In this document: one piece after another, positions 27,466 through 35,168 of the stretch
How the letters are laid out: the number at the start of each line of letters is the position of its first letter
Position numbering within the stretch: position 1 is the stretch's first letter
UHGV virus genome: UHGV-1373462
Length of the DNA: 36,529 nt
DNA from: a virus
Reading direction: 5' to 3' (one strand)
The notes under the pieces: model-generated
What the model saw: only the letters and a program-made list of their open reading frames with translations
The model's database searches: none
Told to the model about the DNA's origin: nothing
Program-made: the position numbers and the translations under genes

Positions 27466-27843
27466 TCAGGCAGCTGCACGAAAACGTCGGATGGTGATTT
27501 CTACTTTCCCTTTCTTCACGATGCTCCCCCACTCCACCAGCATACGCTTAACCTGACTGTCGTCTTCCCAGACGCCTGTTAGAGTCAGGGCATCGAACAG
27601 CGCTTTGTTGTAGTTATCGATATCCCGACGGCGCTGATCCGGCGGATACAACACTATGTGAACCTCGGCCAGATCAGAGGATGGCCGGGGAACGGCCCGC
27701 AGTTGCTCAATAATCGCCGCTCTCGCTGCCTGCTGGAACTTGCGCCCTGTCTCGCTTACCAGATGCCTGCCTTTCAGCGGTCCCTTGCTCGGGGCGCGCC
27801 AGTAACTATTTACGCTCGGTGGAAATGGTAAAGTCAGTTTCAT
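27466..27843 (-). CDS. rusA: RusA Holliday-junction resolvase
   Basis: 125 aa with conserved RusA motifs (PPSVNxYW, acidic DxDN). Confidence 0.85.
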   Translation of the reverse strand: MKLTLPFPPSVNSYWRAPSKGPLKGRHLVSETGRKFQQAARAAIIEQLRAVPRPSSDLAEVHIVLYPPDQRRRDIDNYNKALFDALTLTGVWEDDSQVKRMLVEWGSIVKKGKVEITIRRFRAAA

Positions 27844-27852
27844 TTAGCCCCC

Positions 27853-28662
27853 TTAAAGGATCGCTACAACGTCTTTTGCGACTTCCCGCGTACTGCTTTT
27901 GCAGGAGATCGAACGGCGCGCGTTGATGAATTGCAGGTTAAAACCATGCTCCCGGTACAGGTCGAGAACCTTCGGTGCAGATGAGTTAGAAATCACTACC
28001 CGAGCGCCACGGTGAAAGGCAGATACGCATTGCTTCGCCAGGTCCACCTGGTTCTCCCAGCTAAAACCACCAGCGGCATAGGCGGTGAATCCGGTTGTTC
28101 CCGGCATCGGTTCGTAAGGCGGATCGCAGTAAACCACATCCCCTTTCCCGGCCAGGCTGATAGTTCGGCGGTAGTCAGCGGTCATGAATACGCAGTTATG
28201 CGCCATAGCCGCGAAGGCTTTCATCTCATCCGTCGGGTAATACGGAGCCTTGTAGCCTCCCCAGCCCACATTGAACTTGTTCGCCTGGTTGTAGCGCATC
28301 AGGCCATTGAAGCAATGCCGGTTGAGATACAGGAATGCAGCTGCGCGTTCAGTAGCATCCAGCGTCTGAGCGTTGAACTCGGAACGGATCAGCTCATAGC
28401 CATCTGGTGACCGCATGTGCTCGAACATCCAGCGGGCCTTCAATTCCACTTCATCCGGCACCACCGCTAACATCTGATACAGATTAATCAGGTCCGGATT
28501 AACGTCCGCCAGCAGGTAATCTGCGTGCTTTTCGCTGTTCAGGAATACCGACCCACCACCAACGAATGGCTCTATCAGGCGTTTCCCTGCCGGAATATGC
28601 GCGAACAGGTCAGCCAGCTGGGTATACTTTCCACCAGCCCATTTGAGAAATGGCTTGCTCAT
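27853..28662 (-). CDS. dam: DNA adenine methyltransferase (Dam, GATC N6-MTase)
   Basis: The sequence FLKWAGGKY...EPFVGGGSVFLN...DPPY is diagnostic of Dam. The start overlaps the replication gene stop (ATGA). Confidence 0.95.
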   Translation of the reverse strand: MSKPFLKWAGGKYTQLADLFAHIPAGKRLIEPFVGGGSVFLNSEKHADYLLADVNPDLINLYQMLAVVPDEVELKARWMFEHMRSPDGYELIRSEFNAQTLDATERAAAFLYLNRHCFNGLMRYNQANKFNVGWGGYKAPYYPTDEMKAFAAMAHNCVFMTADYRRTISLAGKGDVVYCDPPYEPMPGTTGFTAYAAGGFSWENQVDLAKQCVSAFHRGARVVISNSSAPKVLDLYREHGFNLQFINARRSISCKSSTREVAKDVVAIL

Positions 28663-29612
28663 GTGCGGAACCCCGAGTTCTCTGGCAATGAGTAATCAAC
28701 CCCGTCGAAGCTGGCTCGCGAAATGGACGACTCCTGGCGGGAGCTATTGAGTGGAGCAGATAGTTTTAACGACAGCTCATCCCATTTTTCCCGAAGTTTC
28801 GACGGGCTAAGCACGTTTTTGCACCAGAATGAATCTTTGTTGGCGCGCTTGAAAAGTGAGCAAATTTGTTTATGAGTTCTCCCGTCCTGCATCACCATCA
28901 GGCGAACCTCATTCGCCCATGCGGTCCAGTTTGGTTCTTTAGGGCGAACTACCTCACCATCACTTTCAGCCGCCAGTTCGTACATGCTGATAATTTTTCC
29001 CCAAATGAACTCAGCGCAGGTTAAATCGTCCTGGCTGCCCCACTGCCGCTTTGCAGCGCTGTACACCACCGCGTCAGGATGTCGTGACAGAAATTCATCA
29101 GCAGAGCCCTGTTCGTCCGGTTGCGAAGCGTCCGGACAAGAAGGATTTATATCTGATGGATCAGTAGTTGATTTTACTGACGGATCCCCACCAGATTCTG
29201 ACGGGTCAAAACTGGTTTTTTTGATGGATTCCGACGCCTCAAATTTTGAGGGGTCAATTTTTGACGCATCAGATTTTGACGCGTCAGATTTTGATGTGTC
29301 AGAAACTGACAGGTGAGAAAATGCCGCTTTCTGTAGTTTGGAAACGTTGAGCTGGTAGACGTTCGATGCATTACGGTTGCCGTTGCGGCGCTGTGTGCGA
29401 GTGAGCCACCCCTCTTTCTCAAGTGCAGCTATCGCCGTTCTGACAGTACTTTCACCAGCGCCAATCTGACGGGATATGGTCGCAATAGAAGGCCAGCAAA
29501 CACCCTCATCGTTGCTGAAGTCAGCCAGGCGCGCCATGATTGCCACGCTGGATAGCTTCATCCCCGAAGATGCACAAGCGTCCCAGACGTATCCTGTTAA
29601 TTTAGTGCTCAT
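28659..29612 (-). CDS. Replication initiation protein (lambda O-like), origin embedded in the gene
   Basis: The N-terminus is an HTH (replisome-organizer type). The central part is encoded by 15-bp iterons, giving pentapeptide repeats (SDASKSDASKIDPSKFEASES). SD is AAGGA. Confidence 0.75.
   Translation of the reverse strand: MSTKLTGYVWDACASSGMKLSSVAIMARLADFSNDEGVCWPSIATISRQIGAGESTVRTAIAALEKEGWLTRTQRRNGNRNASNVYQLNVSKLQKAAFSHLSVSDTSKSDASKSDASKIDPSKFEASESIKKTSFDPSESGGDPSVKSTTDPSDINPSCPDASQPDEQGSADEFLSRHPDAVVYSAAKRQWGSQDDLTCAEFIWGKIISMYELAAESDGEVVRPKEPNWTAWANEVRLMVMQDGRTHKQICSLFKRANKDSFWCKNVLSPSKLREKWDELSLKLSAPLNSSRQESSISRASFDGVDYSLPENSGFRT
29191..29313. repeat. Origin iterons (about 7 tandem 15-bp repeats, consensus TCAGATTTTGACGCR)
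   Basis: Repeats include TCAAATTTTGAGGGG, TCAATTTTTGACGCA, TCAGATTTTGACGCG, TCAGATTTTGATGTG and TCAGAAACTGACAGG, with more degenerate copies upstream. An AT-richer tract flanks them at 29110-29190. Confidence 0.65.
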
Positions 29613-29621
29613 GATCGTCCT

Positions 29622-29957
29622 TTATTTCTCTGAATTTACGTCTGAATTGCTCGAGGGGGCTAAAGCATTCATGCTCGTACCCTTCACGCAGGTATATAAC
29701 GCGCTGTGTTTGGGGCTCCCAGCGTATGACCCTGACCGGGACACCGTAGTGATCTCTGAACCATCGGTTGAGCTCTCGCATACTTTCTCCGCCTGGCCGT
29801 TAAAGTCCCCTACCACCCACTGAGCAAACTGGTAGCAGACAGGTTCGAAACCGCCTGGTACTCTTACCCCATACACGAACTGCACCGGTCCTGCTCCACC
29901 AGGAACTGGCCGCGCTACAAGTTGCGACCTGCGGTATTGTGTTGATAAACTGTTCAT
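29622..29957 (-). CDS. Hypothetical protein (weakly supported)
   Basis: 111-aa ORF with SD GGAG 11 nt before the ATG. It fills the gap between the CII-like and replication genes. Its composition is atypical. Confidence 0.3.
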   Translation of the reverse strand: MNSLSTQYRRSQLVARPVPGGAGPVQFVYGVRVPGGFEPVCYQFAQWVVGDFNGQAEKVCESSTDGSEITTVSRSGSYAGSPKHSALYTCVKGTSMNALAPSSNSDVNSEK

Positions 29958-30018
29958 GCGTTAGTAATCTCCACTGATAACGACACGCCACGACGCCAGG
30001 AGCTGCAACTCGCTGGCG

Positions 30019-30480
30019 TCACTTCTTTTTGCGTGAAAATAACGTGATAATTGCGGCAATCTCTTCTTCCCGAGCTGACAGGTGGCGGCGGTGATGCACC
30101 ATGATTTCTTCGGCCTCATGCCTTTCAATAACGCCATCCTCAAGTGCCTGTTCGATAATCTGATCAACCTGCCCTCTGGCGGCAGAGGTACGCATTGCCC
30201 GGCTAAACAAGTCCACGCGATCAAGCTCTTCCAGGTGTGGAACATCCACCAGCAGAGCACCACGACGGCGGGCGAAGTAGTCTGCCAGTAGTGACGTGTT
30301 GGAAATGTCTTCCATCGCTTCCAGCTCCGATACTTCAAAAAATCGACAGCCGTTTTTCTCGTAGAGGTTGTTGTTGAACTGCGTCACGGTCATTCCCAGT
30401 GCGCCAGCCATTGCTTCGCGCCCACCTGGATATGCTTTGCACATCGCTTTGACGGCTTCTTTGAGGTTTGGCTCTACCAT
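30019..30480 (-). CDS. CII/YdaT-like regulatory protein
   Basis: 154 aa starting MVEPNLKE with SD AAGGA. It directly follows cro in the same operon, as ydaS-ydaT does in Rac. Confidence 0.55.
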   Translation of the reverse strand: MVEPNLKEAVKAMCKAYPGGREAMAGALGMTVTQFNNNLYEKNGCRFFEVSELEAMEDISNTSLLADYFARRRGALLVDVPHLEELDRVDLFSRAMRTSAARGQVDQIIEQALEDGVIERHEAEEIMVHHRRHLSAREEEIAAIITLFSRKKK

Positions 30481-30505
30481 ATTGATTTTCCTTTTGTAGT
30501 TACTT

Positions 30506-30715
30506 TCAAGCAGCTGAATCTGTAGCCTTTTGGTAAAGTTCAGGTCGAAAAACAAGCTGCCCATTAGTACGATATGCAGCTTCTGCAGCACGACCTTTTG
30601 GGATCAGACTGCCCGGTCGTTTTCGCCATTGATAAAAAGCCTCAGGAGAAACACCGAAGAAGTCTGCTGCCTTGTTGGGGGTTCCGAAGAACGTTTCTAA
30701 CTCTGTTGTTGTCAT
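30506..30715 (-). CDS. cro: Cro-like (YdaS-type) HTH repressor
   Basis: 69 aa, divergent from cI. SD is GGAGG. The PR-like promoter (-35 TTGACC, -10 TAATAT) is just upstream. Confidence 0.7.
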   Translation of the reverse strand: MTTTELETFFGTPNKAADFFGVSPEAFYQWRKRPGSLIPKGRAAEAAYRTNGQLVFRPELYQKATDSAA

Positions 30716-30809
30716 ACACCCTCCTAAATTTATTTAGATATTAAGACCAAAGCAAATTTAGGTCAATTAAAGCTAAGATAATTTAGTTTTCATAACATGG
30801 CGAACCACA
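30716..30809. promoter_or_regulatory. Immunity control region: OR-like operators with divergent PR and PRM
   Basis: Operator palindromes are CTAAATTTATTTAG (30724-37) and CTAAGATAATTTAG (30773-86), with a half-site around 30750-61. On the minus strand, PR has -35 TTGACC (30761-66) and -10 TAATAT (30738-43). Confidence 0.6.
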
Positions 30810-31454
30810 GTGAGCACATTTGGAAGTCGTTTAAAATCATTAAGAAAGGATCGTAAGCTTACCCAGAAGCAACTGGGTAAAGTTGTTGGAGTGACAGATG
30901 TCACCATTGGATACTGGGAGAAAGACCAAAACATACCCGGAGGAGTCTCGCTGACAAAATTAGCTCGGTATTTTGGTGTTTCTGAGGACTTTCTCCTCAC
31001 CGGTAAAGAGGAACTCTCCAATGTAGCGCCTGGCAACTTAGGCGCTATGCAGATCCCTATCATAAGTTGGGTTCAAGCAGGAACTTGGACATCTGAAAGT
31101 GATGCTCGTAATTTAGAGGGTGCCGTGGATTACATTTTAACAAACGGCGCTCATTCGTTTGGTACCTTCGCTCTTAAGGTACGTGGAAAATCTATGGAGC
31201 CAGAGTTCAAAGAGGGAGACACTATCATTGTGGATCCTGACTTGTGTCCAGGTCCTGGGGACTATGTTGTAGCCAAAAACGGTAGTGAATACGCCACTTT
31301 TAAAAAATACCGTGCAAGGGGTGTCAACGAAAATGGTGAAGAGGTTTTCGAATTGGTCCCGTTAAACCCTGATTTTGCTGCTTTAAACTCTGCTGTTGAA
31401 AAAATTTCCATCATCGGTGTCGTTGTTGAACACCGCCGCCAGATGCGCCGCTAA
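30810..31454 (+). CDS. cI: CI-type prophage repressor (HTH_XRE plus S24 LexA-like autopeptidase)
   Basis: The N-terminus is an HTH (LTQKQLGKVVGVTDVTIGYWE). There is an Ala-Gly site (WVQAGTW). The C-terminus has the S24 motifs GKSMEP and FKKY. The start is GTG. Confidence 0.9.
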   Translation: MSTFGSRLKSLRKDRKLTQKQLGKVVGVTDVTIGYWEKDQNIPGGVSLTKLARYFGVSEDFLLTGKEELSNVAPGNLGAMQIPIISWVQAGTWTSESDARNLEGAVDYILTNGAHSFGTFALKVRGKSMEPEFKEGDTIIVDPDLCPGPGDYVVAKNGSEYATFKKYRARGVNENGEEVFELVPLNPDFAALNSAVEKISIIGVVVEHRRQMRR

Positions 31455-31484
31455 TCCTTTCCACTACTCTATCAATGGTGAAAA

Positions 31485-31537
31485 CTAAGAATATTTAGTT
31501 TATTCACCTTGACCAAAAAACTAAATTATTTTAGATT
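31485..31537 (+). promoter_or_regulatory. OL/PL-like operator-promoter for the early-left operon
   Basis: Operators are CTAAGAATATTTAG (31485-98) and CTAAATTATTTTAG (31521-34). They flank and overlap a promoter with -35 TTGACC (31509-14) and -10 TAGATT (31532-37). Confidence 0.5.
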
Positions 31538-31842
31538 TCTTTCAGCGGTCGCGAAAACGTGTGATGCACGGAGACGACGCAGCCCAGACGATATCTGAGT
31601 GGCTTTAAAAACAGATTGGAGCAGGTGGAAGCCCGGCACACAACAGGAAAAAGCACTGTGTTAGTCAAGTGAGTTTCCAGTGCTTCAGTGCTCTTTCCGT
31701 TGTGTGGAGAACTAACGTACCGCCATTGCAGTGGCGGTCCCCCATCAGCAAGAAATTTTAACCAGCTATTCACCCACTCTCATGGGTTGGGTTGCTGCAC
31801 CCTAAATTTACGCGTTGCAGCGCGTCAGATGGAGAACAAAAG

Positions 31843-32142
31843 ATGGCTAAGACAGCAAAACAACTGATTAAACAGGCGTACGAAATAGCCAAAACTATGC
31901 CACCAGAACAGGCAGCAATCATCAGGGAACTGGCTACCGTCCTCGATGTTTCGAATGTAGCTCTGCGCCAGACGCGCACCGAACGTGACGCCCTTCTCGC
32001 AGAGGTCAAATCCTGGGCGAAGGAGTGTGATCGTATTACTGAGCGATATACCAAGAAGCGCATAAATCTGCATGTCCTCGAAGCAATGCGCGATTTGAAA
32101 GCAATTTCCCCTACCAGCTTCCGTAACGTGGAGGCTCTCTGA
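31843..32142 (+). CDS. First early-left gene, hypothetical (position of an N-like regulator)
   Basis: 100 aa from the ATG at 31843 with SD GGAG. It is preceded by a long structured leader. Confidence 0.45.
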   Translation: MAKTAKQLIKQAYEIAKTMPPEQAAIIRELATVLDVSNVALRQTRTERDALLAEVKSWAKECDRITERYTKKRINLHVLEAMRDLKAISPTSFRNVEAL

Positions 32143-32927
32143 TGGCTAAAGACTCAAAGGTTGTATACGGCGCCAGCGGCAAAACGAACGTTTTAACGTT
32201 CGAACCTGAAAGCCTGCATCTGGTTACCGACAAAACTCACCCGCTTTACGATGAACGGGTCCACCTTCCTATCGACGAAGGAATGGTTCTGAACATCAAA
32301 GAGCTGGGTGTACTGGAACCTATCATCGTCTGGAAAGACCCTGAAACGGGGCTCACCTGCGTCGTTGTAGGCCGTCAGCGCGTAAAACATACCCTGGAGG
32401 CAAATAAGCTTCTTTTGAAAGAGGGCAAAGCCCCACTGCTTGTTCCTGGGGTCGTTAAGCGCGGATCAGCAAATCAGATGGCTAAATACATGGTCAGCGA
32501 AAACGAAATTCGCCGACCTGATACACCGCTTGGCAGGGCTAAAAAAATGTCAGACGCGCTCGACCGCGGGCTCGATGAGGACGACATTGCGGTGTTGTTT
32601 GGCTGCAGCGTTCAGACCGTTCGAGCAACGCTCTCCCTCCTCGAGGCTACTCAGGCCGTCAGGGAAGCGGTGGAGGCTGGCACAGTTACCGTTACCCAGG
32701 CGCGTCAGCTGGCATCGCTTAAACCCGAAGAGCAGCGGGAGAAGGTCTCTGAAATCGAAGCGGCAACTGCTGGCACAACCGGCCATGAAAAAGCCCGGCG
32801 ACAGCGCCAGGTTCTTGGTGAAGCAAAGCCGCGTCTGAAAACCCGTAAAGAAATCACAAAGGCCCTTGAAGGTGCCAGCGGTGACTACGCTGATGCTCTG
32901 CGCTGGGTGCTTGGGGAGGCTGTATGA
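32142..32927 (+). CDS. ParB-like nuclease domain protein
   Basis: An N-terminal ParB/Srx fold region is present (GVLEPIIVWKDPETGLTCVVVGRQR). Confidence 0.75.
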   Translation: MAKDSKVVYGASGKTNVLTFEPESLHLVTDKTHPLYDERVHLPIDEGMVLNIKELGVLEPIIVWKDPETGLTCVVVGRQRVKHTLEANKLLLKEGKAPLLVPGVVKRGSANQMAKYMVSENEIRRPDTPLGRAKKMSDALDRGLDEDDIAVLFGCSVQTVRATLSLLEATQAVREAVEAGTVTVTQARQLASLKPEEQREKVSEIEAATAGTTGHEKARRQRQVLGEAKPRLKTRKEITKALEGASGDYADALRWVLGEAV

Positions 32928-33127
32928 CAATCGTAAAAACCCATACCGGCACCGTTATCACCAAAGACGGTCCGAAGGTAAAAAAACTGCACCAGACAGA
33001 GCGGATGTGGGTCGTCGGCAAAAACGAGTTTTACCACAAAGAAACAGGGCGCCGTCACTTTGCAGAAAATACGCGCCGCCGGCTTCTGCTCGACACCATC
33101 AAGCCTATCGAGGTGAAGCATGTTTAA
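32924..33127 (+). CDS. Small hypothetical protein
   Basis: 67 aa, ATGA-coupled to the ParB-like gene. Confidence 0.45.
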   Translation: MTIVKTHTGTVITKDGPKVKKLHQTERMWVVGKNEFYHKETGRRHFAENTRRRLLLDTIKPIEVKHV

Positions 33128-33359
33128 ACAGAACGAAAAGGCTATTTCACAGATTGCGGAATATATCCCGCGCGCCTGCCGGGGTATGCAGCTGCAGGAA
33201 GCGAAAGCGCGTCTGGAGAAAAAAATCGCGCTTTATACCGATGACGGCTGTGATGCTGCCGTTCTTAATGCGGCGTTTGCCCCAGCTCTTAACAGTCATA
33301 CGCGGGAGTCTTTTTTTTCGTGCATCGCAGAGCAGTTGCATGAGGGGGCCGACAAATGA
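33120..33359 (+). CDS. Small hypothetical protein
   Basis: 79 aa, overlapping its neighbours by 8 and 4 nt. Confidence 0.45.
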   Translation: MFKQNEKAISQIAEYIPRACRGMQLQEAKARLEKKIALYTDDGCDAAVLNAAFAPALNSHTRESFFSCIAEQLHEGADK

Positions 33360-33556
33360 TAGCCGGGACTACTAACTATGACGATGTGGCAGAAGTCCGC
33401 TGCAATTTGTGCGGCGGTTATTACAAAGCCGACGATCCGGAAAGTCACGAATGCGATGAAGAAGCCCATGACGAAATTGAGTGTGATATCTGCGGTTTCA
33501 AAAGTACTGACCCGGACGGCGCTCACTACTGCTGCGAGGATAACTCCGATGACTGA
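33356..33556 (+). CDS. Acidic Cys-rich (zinc-ribbon-like) small protein
   Basis: 66 aa, strongly acidic (about 30 percent D/E), with the Cys/His pattern CxxC...HxC...CxxC...HYCC. It is ATGA-coupled on both sides. Confidence 0.5.
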   Translation: MIAGTTNYDDVAEVRCNLCGGYYKADDPESHECDEEAHDEIECDICGFKSTDPDGAHYCCEDNSDD

Positions 33557-34070
33557 TATCAACAAACTGGCGAGAGAGCGCCTGGAAAAAATTAAATCAT
33601 GGCGTGGAACCTATGGAGCTGGAAGCAACGTAATGCTGCCAGCAGAAGAAGCTGAAGCGCTGGCCCGCATAGCACTGGACGCAATGGACAGAGACCAGGT
33701 ACGCAACGAGCACGCCGAGTGGTCACAGGCAACTTTCGGCAATGTCGGCCCGGTTGGCCCGCTGAAGCATCTTTCGAAAGAGGCTCTTGAAGCAGCTGCC
33801 GAACCCGGCGACCTCAGCGAGTGGGCTGACATGCAATTCCTGATGTGGGATGCGCAACGCCGTGCCGGTATCACTGATGCGCAGATTACCCAGGCGATGA
33901 TCGATAAACTGGCGGTGAACAAGCAGCGCTCATGGCCGGAGCCAAAAGACGGGGAACCAAGGCTGCACATCAAAGAACGACCTCGTAAAAAAGTAGACCG
34001 CTGTGATGTTTGTACTGAAGGGGCTCGCGGTGGGTGTGGAACGTGTATTTTTAACGGTAATTTTGAATGA
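33549..34070 (+). CDS. MazG-like nucleotide pyrophosphohydrolase-domain protein with a C-terminal Cys cluster
   Basis: 173 aa from the ATG at 33549, which overlaps the upstream stop. It has a MazG-type EExxE...E..D helix pair (LKHLSKEALEAAAEPGDLSEWADMQFLMWDA). The tail reads CDVCTEGARGGCGTC. Confidence 0.45.
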   Translation: MTDINKLARERLEKIKSWRGTYGAGSNVMLPAEEAEALARIALDAMDRDQVRNEHAEWSQATFGNVGPVGPLKHLSKEALEAAAEPGDLSEWADMQFLMWDAQRRAGITDAQITQAMIDKLAVNKQRSWPEPKDGEPRLHIKERPRKKVDRCDVCTEGARGGCGTCIFNGNFE

Positions 34071-34077
34071 GGTGCTT

Positions 34078-34260
34078 ATGACTTCTACAGACTTTATGGA
34101 AGAAAAAGAAGTATTCGAATTGCTGGGGAAGAAAAAAACAGCTGTATGGCGTTTACGTAAAGACCATGGGTTTCCTAGCCCTGTTCTCACTTATCCAACA
34201 CGATACAGCAGAAAAGCCGTAATGAGATGGATTGATGATGGTGGCATAAACAAAAGGTAG
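34078..34260 (+). CDS. AlpA/Xis-like DNA-binding protein (excisionase / prophage regulator)
   Basis: 60 aa with SD GAGG. The AlpA-family helix-turn-helix (LLGKKKTAVWRLRKDHGFPSP) sits next to the integrase module. Confidence 0.65.
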   Translation: MTSTDFMEEKEVFELLGKKKTAVWRLRKDHGFPSPVLTYPTRYSRKAVMRWIDDGGINKR

Positions 34261-34288
34261 TGGAAAAAAACACCAATCCAGATTAAAC

Positions 34289-34330
34289 ATGGCATTCAAG
34301 TTCACTTAAGCCTATGAAACTGAATGCCAT
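34289..34330. terminator. Strong hairpin between the convergent xis-like and cargo operons
   Basis: A 13-bp imperfect inverted repeat (ATGGCATTCAAGTT ... AACTGAATGCCAT) has a 15-nt loop. There are no adjacent T-runs. Confidence 0.35.
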
Positions 34331-34346
34331 ATCAGGTGAAAAATAT

Positions 34347-34679
34347 TTAATCTTTCTTATCTCTTTTACCAAACATATACCCCAGCGACAATGTAAGAAT
34401 TGGTGAATACGTCGCCCATGTATCCTTTATAATATTAATGCAATTTAGACCGCCGTACCTATAAATATCATTAATCATCATCACTGAAATAACAGCGGTA
34501 TACATATACAAAGTATAAGTAATTATTTTCCAAACAACACTATTTTTTGCATTCTCCCCTTCACCTATTACTTTAGCGATTGAGTTGGCATTTGAAAGAG
34601 CTGTTCCATCATTTGCCTCTCCAAATGAATCTCTTCCAGTACTGATGGCAGTATTTATATCCCCATTAAACCCAGACAT
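34347..34679 (-). CDS. Integrase-proximal cargo gene B: small membrane protein (2 TM)
   Basis: 110 aa. An N-terminal 50-aa soluble region is followed by two hydrophobic helices. It is very AT-rich and lies 5 nt downstream of gene A. Confidence 0.5.
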   Translation of the reverse strand: MSGFNGDINTAISTGRDSFGEANDGTALSNANSIAKVIGEGENAKNSVVWKIITYTLYMYTAVISVMMINDIYRYGGLNCINIIKDTWATYSPILTLSLGYMFGKRDKKD

Positions 34680-34684
34680 AAGAA

Positions 34685-35056
34685 TTAACCTTTAGTAAGT
34701 GTTAGAGTTAATACTCTGCTTTTATCAGCATTCGTATTCACCCATAGAGATATATAATATTGAGTATCATTTCTTTTAAAAAACGGAATTTGCTCCATGA
34801 CGCCTTCACCGAGTACATTACTAAAATTAATAAGCTTTATAGTGTATACCATACCTGATTCATCAGCTCCCCCAGTATAACGCACGGTTTTATCTTTCGT
34901 TTCTTCTGAAAATAAGATTACCACCCTTTTGTTTTCACTGAGCACCACCTCTAATTTAGAGGTTAGCGCAGGAATTAGATATGTGGTTGAATCAACCACT
35001 TCCTTCTCGCCAATCTTAACTTCTTTTATTAATCCACCTTCGTCAGCAACCATCAT
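34685..35056 (-). CDS. Integrase-proximal cargo gene A: soluble hypothetical protein
   Basis: 123 aa with a strong SD (AGGAG). It has its own sigma70-like promoter (-35 TTGGTA, -10 TATATT, 17-nt spacer) in the int-A spacer. It is AT-rich. Confidence 0.5.
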   Translation of the reverse strand: MMVADEGGLIKEVKIGEKEVVDSTTYLIPALTSKLEVVLSENKRVVILFSEETKDKTVRYTGGADESGMVYTIKLINFSNVLGEGVMEQIPFFKRNDTQYYISLWVNTNADKSRVLTLTLTKG

Positions 35057-35168
35057 TTAAACTCCTGTGTTAATATTCAGCTAAGAATAAATATACAATA
35101 ACACCTTGCATTTACCAAGTTTTTCCTGCTGTCGTTTAAAAACTTATTGTAAATAGCAAGTATTTAAT

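Noticed and set aside
29842-29852. GGTTCGAAACC, resembling a tRNA T-loop, in the gap between the CII-like and replication genes
   Set aside because: The flanking sequence cannot be folded into a 5-bp T-stem or a cloverleaf on either strand, and no acceptor or anticodon arms are evident.
31531-31773. 80-aa minus-strand ORF in the cI/early-left leader
   Set aside because: It has no SD and lies within a region that is more plausibly a structured plus-strand leader carrying the conserved-loop hairpins. Its orientation conflicts with the surrounding operon.
33378-33548. N-terminal extension of the 230-aa track ORF (33378..34070), overlapping the acidic Cys-rich gene in another frame
   Set aside because: The internal ATG at 33549 overlaps the upstream stop (ATGACTGA coupling) and begins the MazG-like region. 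The extension has no SD and would require two genes to be encoded in overlapping frames for 170 nt.
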